From assembly GCA_031414955.1 (NCBI GenBank), contig JANOQV010000058.1, positions 1 through 16,957 on the forward strand: a DNA stretch of 16,957 nucleotides. The letters run 5' to 3'. The stretch is from Pedosphaera sp. (GTDB lineage: Bacteria > Verrucomicrobiota > Verrucomicrobiia > Limisphaerales > SIBH01). The notes beneath the pieces are model-generated. The model saw nothing but the letters and a program-made list of their open reading frames with translations, was not told the DNA's origin and made no database searches. This document shows, one piece after another, positions 1 to 6,495 of the stretch (within the stretch, counting starts at the first letter, position 1; the number at the start of each line of letters is the position of its first letter). Both the position numbers and the translations under genes were made by a program.

Positions 1-348
1 CCATTGCTCCGCTTCCTCCTGGGACAAAACTTTCGTCGCGGTCGCGGGTGGCGAGGAAGCCAGGCGCATCATCATCATCTCCGCGCAATTGCCCTCCGAC
101 CACCAAGTGTTGGTGCCACCACTGGGCACGTTCACTTCCGCCACCCGCCAGAAAATGGGCGGGATGAGACGGTCGGTCCAATACACGGTGTAGAACTCAC
201 CCGGATGGCTGACCCAGGTGAGCGTGGTGCATTCGCCGTCGCGCACGATGGAGGTGAGGCGCAGGTCGGTGGCGGCGCGCGCGGCGGTGAGGGTGAGGAG
301 GCTGATGAGCAGCGCGAGGAAAAGGAAAAGAGGGAGCGGTTGTTTCAT
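1..348 (-). CDS. Secreted hypothetical protein, 5' portion only (runs off the window start)
   Basis: Not in the ORF track. Manual translation from ATG at 348 is open to base 1: MKQPLPLFLFLALLISLLTLTAARAATDLRLTSIVRDGECTTLTWVSHPGEFYTVYWTDRLIPPIFWRVAEVNVPSGGTNTWWSEG... It has a classic Sec signal peptide with an A-x-A cleavage site and GC-biased third codon positions. Confidence 0.8.
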   Translation of the reverse strand, partial: MKQPLPLFLFLALLISLLTLTAARAATDLRLTSIVRDGECTTLTWVSHPGEFYTVYWTDRLIPPIFWRVAEVNVPSGGTNTWWSEGNCAEMMMMRLASSPPATATKVLSQEEAEQW

Positions 349-418
349 GGGATTGCTGAGGTGCTGCGGGCGGTTCCAGAAATAGAAGGGCGCGAACTTA
401 ACGCACCCCGTCTCTGGC

Positions 419-500
419 ACCGCGAAGCGCCTCCTCAGAAGTACGCCAAGCCGCGCCGTAGGGCGCGTGCTTGGGCGGTTCTGAGGAGGAAATTCGCGGT
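419..500. repeat. Long imperfect palindrome (~82 nt) in the divergent intergenic region
   Basis: Nested inverted arms: ACCGCGAA 419-426 / TTCGCGGT 493-500; CCTCCTCAGAA 430-440 / TTCTGAGGAGG 479-489; CCAAGC / GCTTGG; CGCGCC / GGCGCG around a GTAG loop. Confidence 0.75.
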
Positions 501-692
501 TTCGAGACAGACCGGAGCCAATGCTCGCAAAAGTTGGTTTAGAATTTTGTTACATACAGATTTGATTGGTGGACGGAGGGAACTCTTGGCGAACCGGCTC
601 CGCTTGACCAGCCAAATCATCCGATGGCTGGTCGGTCCGTGGATTTTACATCGCTGATTGAACCCTCGGCGGGCGGGATGTGTTTGGCCTTC

Positions 693-1121
693 ATGGATTT
701 CTCCTGCCTGGAAAACGATCCGGATTTTGCGGCGGCCCGAAATTACAGCGCCAAGGAAATGGCCGCACATTTCAAAATCCACCGCCGCCGGTTGCTGCGC
801 GAGTTTCAGGAGCGGCTCCACCTGACACCCGAGCAGTGGCTGGAGGCCGAGCGGGATCGGCGCGCGGTGAATCTGCTGCGCGGGAGCCGGCTCTCGATCA
901 AGGAGATCTCGCAACTGCTCAAGTACAGCCAGTCTTCGGCTTTTGGCCGCGCGTTCAAACGTGAGCATGGGGTCTGGCCCCGGGCCTTTCGGCGGCTGCA
1001 GCGGAAGGTCGAAACCGCCCGTTCGGCGCGGGCCGAGTCGCCGCCGCGCGACCACTGCCACCTCGGCCACGGCCAAGGTGGCGGCGCTTTCTCCGAACCC
1101 CAACGGGGTTCCATCCCATAG
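693..1121 (+). CDS. Stand-alone AraC/XylS-family helix-turn-helix protein (DNA-binding domain only)
   Basis: YSAKEMAAHFKIHRRRLLREFQERLHLTPEQWL...RAVNLL...LSIKEISQLLKYSQSSAFGRAFKREHGVWPRAFR matches the double-HTH AraC signature. Start is uncertain (624, 678 or 693). The C-terminal tail runs into a repeat element. Confidence 0.85.
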   Translation: MDFSCLENDPDFAAARNYSAKEMAAHFKIHRRRLLREFQERLHLTPEQWLEAERDRRAVNLLRGSRLSIKEISQLLKYSQSSAFGRAFKREHGVWPRAFRRLQRKVETARSARAESPPRDHCHLGHGQGGGAFSEPQRGSIP

Positions 1122-1284
1122 CCCAGCGTTGCGAGTCGGACGAGCTACCTTGGGCGACGCGATGCCATCCCTTTGGGCTTGGGGAAGCGGGCGTTTCACG
1201 CGGCATGATGGTCGTGCGCCGCGCCTCTCGGGCGGCCCGCTCGGCGCGGGCCGGGCAGTCGCCGCGCGACGACTGCCACCTCGG
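1017..1284 (+). repeat. 50-bp direct repeat (1017-1066 and 1235-1284)
   Basis: GCCCGTTCGGCGCGGGCCGAGTCGCCGCCGCGCGACCACTGCCACCTCGG versus GCCCGCTCGGCGCGGGCCGGGCAGTCGCCGCGCGACGACTGCCACCTCGG, 44/50 identical by manual count. Confidence 0.85.
1095..1155. repeat. REP-like multi-hairpin element
   Basis: GAACCCC-AAC-GGGGTTC hairpin followed by TA-GCCCAGCGTTGC...GCTACCTTGGGC imperfect hairpin. Same layout as the element at 11787-11870. Confidence 0.6.
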
Positions 1285-1448
1285 AGCGCTTGTCCCCAAA
1301 TGTATAGTTTGCCGCATTGCCCACCGCCGATTGCGGATGAAATGCTTGCGGCGTTCCCAAGGCCCGCGTGCCTGGTCGGCGATTGCATCCGATCCCTGGC
1401 GCGGCCCGGATGGGCGGTGCAGGTGCGAGGGCGGCGGAACAAAATGGC

Positions 1449-2033
1449 ATGGCCGATCCGTTACTGTGGAATGCCCCGGGGCAAACTTGGAACGCCCCGG
1501 GCCTGACCTGGAATGGTTTCGTGCCGCCGCCTCCGAACACACCCCACGTTATGACAGATGACAATAAAGTATCGGCCACCCTCACCACCGCCAACACCAC
1601 CGCGATCAAGGACGGCATCGCGGCCATCCGCACTCTGCTGCCCTTCCTGATTTCGCTCAGCAACCAGGACCGCATGGAGATGGCCAAGCTGGGCGACAAG
1701 TAGATGGGCTTCGACGCCAAGTGCGCCGCCTACATGGCGAGCAACCCGGCCTTCCTGCCCGGCTTCATCGTCCTGGCCGAGGTGTTGAAGGACCGCGAAC
1801 TGCGCGAGGCCTTCATGGAGTTCGTGCCGGACCTGCGCACCCTGTGCGATGGGGTGGAGGACACGCTCATGGTGATCAACAGTGAACTCTGGATGGCGGA
1901 CCTGGCCTATTACCAGAGTGTGCGCGAGGCCAGTCGCCGGAATCGGGCCGGGGCCGAGGTCATTTATACCGACCTGCGCTCCCGGTTCCCCGGAGCCAAC
2001 CCGACGACCCCGCCGCCGCCGGTCAATCCTTAA
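1449..2033 (+). pseudogene. Hypothetical alpha-helical protein (194 codons) interrupted by an in-frame TAG at 1701-1703 (nonsense allele, readthrough or sequencing error)
   Basis: ORFs 1368..1703 and 1704..2033 share one frame and strong GC3 bias, separated only by TAG: ...LPFLISLSNQDRMEMAKLGDK*MGFDAKCAAYMASNPAFLP... From memory this resembles a widespread uncharacterised family with an LPFL...KxGDK(S/T)xxF...NPxFLP pattern. Start is ATG 1449 or 1551. Confidence 0.65.
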
Positions 2034-2048
2034 AGCATTGTGATTGCG

Positions 2049-2342
2049 AGTCTTAATAAGATCCAGGGAGTGCCTCGGAGGTACCCCCTGGATGCTCGGA
2101 GGTGCCCGGCCGACCCTTGGAGGGACCCCGGCGATACTTTTAGCTCCCCGTCCGACTCTCCGAGGTGCCCAGGCGATGCTCGAAGGTGCCCGACCGATGC
2201 TTTGAGCCTCGGGCCACCACCTAAAAGTAGCCCCGCTGACCCTCCCAGGTTCGGCGGCGTATCCCGAAGTTGCGCCGGGGATGGTCACCGGTGGCGACAC
2301 CCACCTCGAAGCATCGGCTGGGAAGCGAAAAGCACCGGCGTT
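2049..2342. repeat. Degenerate 21-bp tandem repeat tract (up to ~14 units)
   Basis: Clearest units start at 2091, 2112, 2133, 2154, 2175 and 2196 (e.g. GATGCTCGGAGGTGCCCGGCC, GATGCTCGAAGGTGCCCGACC). AG occurs at unit positions 10-11 in 12 of 14 consecutive 21-mers. Confidence 0.75.
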
Positions 2343-2427
2343 TTGGGTCGCGCGACGGCGGAGAAGAAAACGCAAACCGTGATCCTCACCGCGCGACCTT
2401 CGCCCTCTCGCGCGACCTGTTTTCCAT

Positions 2428-2453
2428 CCGCCCTCAACCCTCAACTCTCAACC
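2428..2453 (+). repeat. Heptamer repeat (CTCAAC(C/T))n, left arm of an inverted pair
   Basis: CCGCCCTCAACCCTCAACTCTCAACC; 24/26 match to the reverse complement of 2937-2962. Confidence 0.8.
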
Positions 2454-2463
2454 TTCACCAACC

Positions 2464-2925
2464 ATGCCCTTTGATCCGAATCTTCCCGCCCACAACTCGC
2501 CGCTCGATGCAGGCGAGATGCGCCAGCAACTCAACAGCCTGCACGCCCTCACCCTCGGCAGCGGGCCCGTCGGCGGACTGGCCGCGTGGTTGAAAAGTTT
2601 TCCCAACACGCCTGCGCTGCCCGCGACTTGGGCCGAGTGCAACGGGCAGGCGATCAATGATCCGGCCTCGCCCTTCCACGGACTGAGCGTGCCCGACCTC
2701 AATGGCGCGCAAGGAGGGGTGCCGCTTTTTCTGCGCGGGGCCAACGTCAGCGGTGGCACCGGCGGCAGCGAGACGCACTCGCACGGGCTGCCCTTGAACA
2801 TCAACGGCGGGACCGTGCAGCAGGGCGCGGATGTGGCGGTGTTTCCTCCGGGCAATTACGGGAGCGACCCCGCGTCGAGCCTGCCGACCTATTACGAAGT
2901 GGTGTGGATTGTGCGGATCAAGTGA
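2464..2925 (+). CDS. Phage tail-collar / tail-fibre-like domain protein
   Basis: PVGGLAAW...LPATWAECNGQ...VPDLNG...FLRGA...GGTGGSETHSH...SLPTYYEVVWIVRIK follows the tail-collar pattern (PxGxIxxW, PxGWxxCxG, PDL, FxRG, GG...HxH, PPY...I). Confidence 0.8.
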   Translation: MPFDPNLPAHNSPLDAGEMRQQLNSLHALTLGSGPVGGLAAWLKSFPNTPALPATWAECNGQAINDPASPFHGLSVPDLNGAQGGVPLFLRGANVSGGTGGSETHSHGLPLNINGGTVQQGADVAVFPPGNYGSDPASSLPTYYEVVWIVRIK

Positions 2926-2936
2926 GGGGTGGAGGC

Positions 2937-2962
2937 GGTGGAGGGTTGAGGGTTGAGGGCGG
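2937..2962 (-). repeat. Heptamer repeat, right arm of the inverted pair
   Basis: GGTGGAGGGTTGAGGGTTGAGGGCGG, between convergent genes. Confidence 0.8.
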
Positions 2963-2978
2963 CAGAAGCAAAAACGGC

Positions 2979-3386
2979 CTAACCGCACCGGAACGAAATG
3001 CGCGCGATCGTTTCCTTGCCGAAGCTGTTCTGGAGGCGGTCGATGATTTCCTTGCGGCGGTAGCGCACGATCTCGGAGAGCCAGACGTTGTTGTCCACGG
3101 TCACGAAGAGCGTGCCCTTGTGAATGCCGGTGGGCTGGGCGTGGGCGGCGACTTCGGGGTCGATGAGGTGGTTCCACACGCGGACGATTTCCGCCTCGGC
3201 GCGACGCCGGTCCATGCCGAGGCTTTGCATGACACTGGAGACGAGAAGGCCCGCGCCTTTTTCCCGGCGCTGCCCGGCCTTGACCAGCGGAGTGACATCC
3301 ACGCCGCGCCAGGCGGCGAGGACTTTATCCCGCTGGGAGAGGCGGGGCGCTCCCTTGGCCGGAATGAACTGGGGCGGTCGTCGCAT
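2979..3386 (-). CDS. dciA: DUF721 / DciA-family protein (replicative helicase-operating protein-like)
   Basis: IVRVWNHLIDPEVAAHAQPTGIHKGTLFVTVDNNVWLSEIVRYRRKEIIDRLQ...ISFR matches the DUF721 pattern. The predicted start overlaps the 3' end of the GH42 gene by 62 nt. Confidence 0.8.
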   Translation of the reverse strand: MRRPPQFIPAKGAPRLSQRDKVLAAWRGVDVTPLVKAGQRREKGAGLLVSSVMQSLGMDRRRAEAEIVRVWNHLIDPEVAAHAQPTGIHKGTLFVTVDNNVWLSEIVRYRRKEIIDRLQNSFGKETIARISFRCG

Positions 3387-5457
3387 TTTCTGCGGCAGCT
3401 TGGCGATGCTCGGGTTGTTCGTCCAGCACGAGCACGCCGTGGGGCGGCATGTCGTAGCTGCCGGTGAAGGTGTTGCCGGAGAGGAAGTCGTGCATGGGTT
3501 TGTAGAAGTGCAGGCGCACGGGGGAACTCTGGTGGTTGAGCAGGAAGAAGATGCGCTGGCCGTCTTTCTCGCGCAGGCTGACCTCGATGGTGTCCGGCAC
3601 CTTGAGCAGCGGATGCAGGCCGCACAGATTGCGCAACCAGGTCACGAGGTCGTGGTAGAAGGACTGGTCGCTCATGGTGCCGAGGTAAACGGCGCGACCC
3701 TGGCCATACTGGTTCAGGGTCATGGCCGGTTTGCCCGCGTAGAAGTCCTTCGAGTAAACACCGATGACCTGGCAGCCCTTCGGCTCAATGATGTCACACC
3801 ACAGTTTCCCCGGATGGAGATGCGTGGCCGGAAACGCGCCGCGAAAGGTGAGGTGGTTCTCCTCGCCCGGCGGCAAGGGATCGAACTCGCGCACCTCCAG
3901 GCCGAAGACATCGGTCAGGTCGTGCGGGTAGCCGCTGTCCGGCGCGATGTGGTGTTCGTCCACCAGTCCGGTGTTGAAGGTGCTGACGAGGGTGCCGCCG
4001 TTCTGCACGTAGAGTTTCAACAAATCGGCCTCGCCGCCGGCGAGCAAACTGAGCGAGGGGGCGAAGACGATCTTGTAGCGCGACAAGTCCTCGGTGGGCC
4101 GGGCGAAATCGACCGGGATGTTTTTGTCGTGCAGCGCGGTGTAGAAAAGCTGGATGTGCTCGCGGTAACGGAAGTGCTGGTTGGGCTGCTTGGTCAGGCG
4201 CAGGCTCCAGTCGTTGTCGTGGCTGTAGAGGATGCAGACGTCGGCCATCACCCGGGTGTTCTTGAGCACGGGCGCGAGGCGTTTGATCTCCTGGCCGATT
4301 TGTTTGATCTCCTTGTAGGCCCGGGTCTCGGGCGAACCGTCGTGGCCGAGTACGCCGCCGTAAAACTTCTCCGAGCCGATGCGCGGCTGGCGCCAGAGGA
4401 AGTAAAGCACGCCGCACGCGCCGCGCGAAATCAGTTGATGGGTGAAGAGCCGCACCACACCCGGACGGACCAGCGAGTTCACGTCCTGCCAGTTCACGTT
4501 CCCGGCCTTTTGCTCGATGACCCAGAAGCCGCAGTCGCCGTCCGGCGTCTTCACGCCGTGCTTCTTGAGCGAGCGCATCATGTCGATCTCGCAGGCCAGC
4601 TCGGCGGACTTGCTCTTGATGGTGGCGTTGCTGTCCAGCGAGACGAAGTCCAGCGCTTCGGCCATGTCGAAGTGATCGAAGCTGCGCCAGAGCGCGCGCA
4701 GATTGTTCGTGACCGGGAGGCCCGGCGTGAGCGTGTGCAGCAACTCGGCCTGCATCCGCACATAGGCCACCAAGGTGTCGCTGGAGAAACGCATCCAGTC
4801 CACGACCAGGGCCGGATTGTGGACGGTGGGCGTGTGCTGGGGCATCGGCACATCTTCAAATTTGGTGACGCGCTGGGACCAAAAGCTCAACCCGAGCAGG
4901 TCGTTCAGCCGATCCACCGTCTCGTATTTGGCCGCCAGCCAGGCGTGCCAGTCGCGGCGCGTCTCCTCGTTGAAGGAGGTTTCGGTGTCGTGTCCGCCCA
5001 GGCCGTTGTCAATCTGCCAGGCGATCAGCGCGGGATGATGGCCGAGAGCCCCGACCAGGGCGCGAATGATCTTCTGCGAATAGGCCCAATACACATCGCT
5101 GTTGGCGCAATAGGCCCGGCGCGTGCCTTCGTGTTTGATCTGGCCGTGGGCGTCGATGGGCAGAATCTCCGGGTGTTTCTTCAGGAGCCAGACCGGTGGC
5201 GCGGCCGTGGGCGTGCCGAGCACGACCTTGATGCCGACATCGTGGAAGAGGTCCATCGCCCGACGCATCAAGGAGAAGTTGAACTGGCCTTCCTCCGGCT
5301 CATAAAGACCCCAGGCGAATTCCCCCATGCGCACGACGTTCACGCCGGCTTCGAGCATGAGCTGGATGTCCACGAGCCAGCGGGCCTCCGGTTCCTCCGC
5401 CGTGCCCGCATAAGGAAAGACCCAATGTTCAGGATAATAATCGACGCCGAAATACAT
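3325..5457 (-). CDS. Glycoside hydrolase family 42 (beta-galactosidase-like) protein with an atypical active site
   Basis: YFGVDYYPEHW, VRMGEFAW, LGTPTAAPPVW, RRAYC and FWVIEQKAGNVNW motifs plus trimerisation and C-terminal domains. RBS-like GGAGG lies upstream on the minus strand. The acid/base motif reads WQIDNG rather than WxxxNE. Confidence 0.92.
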   Translation of the reverse strand: MYFGVDYYPEHWVFPYAGTAEEPEARWLVDIQLMLEAGVNVVRMGEFAWGLYEPEEGQFNFSLMRRAMDLFHDVGIKVVLGTPTAAPPVWLLKKHPEILPIDAHGQIKHEGTRRAYCANSDVYWAYSQKIIRALVGALGHHPALIAWQIDNGLGGHDTETSFNEETRRDWHAWLAAKYETVDRLNDLLGLSFWSQRVTKFEDVPMPQHTPTVHNPALVVDWMRFSSDTLVAYVRMQAELLHTLTPGLPVTNNLRALWRSFDHFDMAEALDFVSLDSNATIKSKSAELACEIDMMRSLKKHGVKTPDGDCGFWVIEQKAGNVNWQDVNSLVRPGVVRLFTHQLISRGACGVLYFLWRQPRIGSEKFYGGVLGHDGSPETRAYKEIKQIGQEIKRLAPVLKNTRVMADVCILYSHDNDWSLRLTKQPNQHFRYREHIQLFYTALHDKNIPVDFARPTEDLSRYKIVFAPSLSLLAGGEADLLKLYVQNGGTLVSTFNTGLVDEHHIAPDSGYPHDLTDVFGLEVREFDPLPPGEENHLTFRGAFPATHLHPGKLWCDIIEPKGCQVIGVYSKDFYAGKPAMTLNQYGQGRAVYLGTMSDQSFYHDLVTWLRNLCGLHPLLKVPDTIEVSLREKDGQRIFFLLNHQSSPVRLHFYKPMHDFLSGNTFTGSYDMPPHGVLVLDEQPEHRQAAAENATTAPVHSGQGSAPPLPAG

Positions 5458-5631
5458 ACGTGTTGCCTCCGTTAATGCCGCGCTGGATTCGTTTCGAGGC
5501 TAACGCGGCGGGCCAGCAGCAGCAACGCCCAAAAGGGATGTTCCGGGCGAATCTGAAAACGGCGCGACGGCGCGACACCAGCCGCCACTGCTCCGCCCGG
5601 CGATGGGGCCGGCCGGCAACCGCTTGCCAGA

Positions 5632-5668
5632 GGGCGGACGTGGCCGTGCCCGAGTGGGGCGCACTCCG
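5632..5668 (-). repeat. Degenerate REP copy
   Basis: GGGCGGACGTGGCCGTGCCCGAGTGGGGCGCACTCCG resembles the right REP arm GGGCGGACGTTGCTGCGCCCGGGGACGGGCGCACTCCG of the adjacent element. Confidence 0.55.
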
Positions 5669-5700
5669 TAACCACCACTTTTCCTCGCGCTCGCGGCACG

Positions 5701-5873
5701 GGGTGGGATTGAAAGTGGCGGGCACGGAGTGCGCCCGTCCTCGGGCGCAGCAAGCTGGAGCGCAGCGGGGTGCCGAAATTTTCTCAAGTTCTCGCGCGGG
5801 CGGACGTTGCTGCGCCCGGGGACGGGCGCACTCCGGCGGGCCGGCTTCGCGGCCCGCCACTTCCAATCGCACC
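5701..5873 (+). mobile_element. 173-bp MITE-like element carrying an inverted REP pair (copy 1)
   Basis: Terminal IRs GGTGGGATTGAAAGTGGCGGG / CCCGCCACTTCCAATCGCACC. Internal REP pair at 5725-5753 and 5807-5835. Flanks TCGCGGCACG (5691-5700) and TCGCGGCCCG (5874-5883) form a 9/10 direct repeat. Confidence 0.8.
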
Positions 5874-5931
5874 TCGCGGCCCGGGCAGCTTTGACATCCG
5901 CCGCGCCAGCGCGGAATCTCAGCCCGCGAAT

Positions 5932-6486
5932 ATGCTCAAGCACTGGCAAAAAACTGGTTCCAAGATGGCGGGCGATTTCCGGATCTTCAAAATTCGGTCC
6001 GACGAGAAGCTCAATCCCCGCACCGGCCAGCCCTGCGACTTCTTCGTCATCGAATCCGTGGACTGGGTGAACATCCTCGCGGTGACGCCCCATGACGAAC
6101 TGGTGATGGTGGAACAATACCGGCACGGCTCGAACTCGGTGGAACTGGAAACCCCCGGCGGCATGATGGATCCGCACGAGAAAGATCCGGTCGCGACCGG
6201 GGAACGCGAACTGCGCGAGGAGAGCGGCTACGTCGGAGACTCGGCGCGGGCGTTGGGCTGGGTTTACGCCAACCCCGCCATCATGAACAACCGGCTGCAT
6301 TTTGTGCTGGTTGAGAATTGCGTGCTCAAGCACGAGACGGAGTTCGATCACAGCGAGGATTTGGTGACACGGCTGGTGCCTTGGAAGGACATTCCGAAGC
6401 TGGTGCAGGAGGGGCAAATTCGTCACCCGCTGGTGGTGGTGGCGCTGTATCACTACGACCTGCTGCGCCGCGCGCGAACAACCTGA
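5932..6486 (+). CDS. NUDIX hydrolase (ADP-ribose pyrophosphatase-like)
   Basis: Nudix box GGMMDPHEKDPVATGERELREESGY, preceded by VMVEQYRHG...LETPGG. ATG 5932 is preferred because the ORF-track start at 5770 lies inside the MITE. Confidence 0.92.
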   Translation: MLKHWQKTGSKMAGDFRIFKIRSDEKLNPRTGQPCDFFVIESVDWVNILAVTPHDELVMVEQYRHGSNSVELETPGGMMDPHEKDPVATGERELREESGYVGDSARALGWVYANPAIMNNRLHFVLVENCVLKHETEFDHSEDLVTRLVPWKDIPKLVQEGQIRHPLVVVALYHYDLLRRARTT

Positions 6487-6495
6487 TCACAACCT

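Noticed and set aside
567..597. TGGTGGACGGAGGGAACTCTTGGCGAACC resembles the reverse complement of a tRNA/tmRNA 3' end (possible att site)
   Set aside because: T-arm spacing is wrong, and there is no partner copy or integrase in the window.
4..657. 217-aa plus-strand ORF
   Set aside because: Antisense shadow of the signal-peptide gene at 1-348 (-), with no recognisable motifs.
1017..1284. Repeat pair as a diversity-generating retroelement TR/VR
   Set aside because: The six differences are not adenine-specific and no reverse transcriptase is present.
1701..1703. Genome-wide TAG reassignment
   Set aside because: TAG ends several apparently complete genes here (dciA, TPR protein, 7769-9187, MTase, M42 peptidase).
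2040..2474. ORFs over the 21-bp tract (2040..2474 +, 1461..2444 -), or the tract as a CRISPR array
   Set aside because: The translations are Pro/Arg-rich without codon bias. There is no constant repeat with unique spacers and no cas genes.
3124..5475. 783-aa plus-strand ORF (and similar long ORFs 7577..8974, 9733..10854, 12025..13014, 13149..15110, 14522..16153)
   Set aside because: Antisense or off-frame shadows of well-supported genes, expected in high-GC DNA.
5770..5931. N-terminal extension of the NUDIX protein
   Set aside because: Derived largely from MITE sequence; the domain-like sequence starts at ATG 5932.
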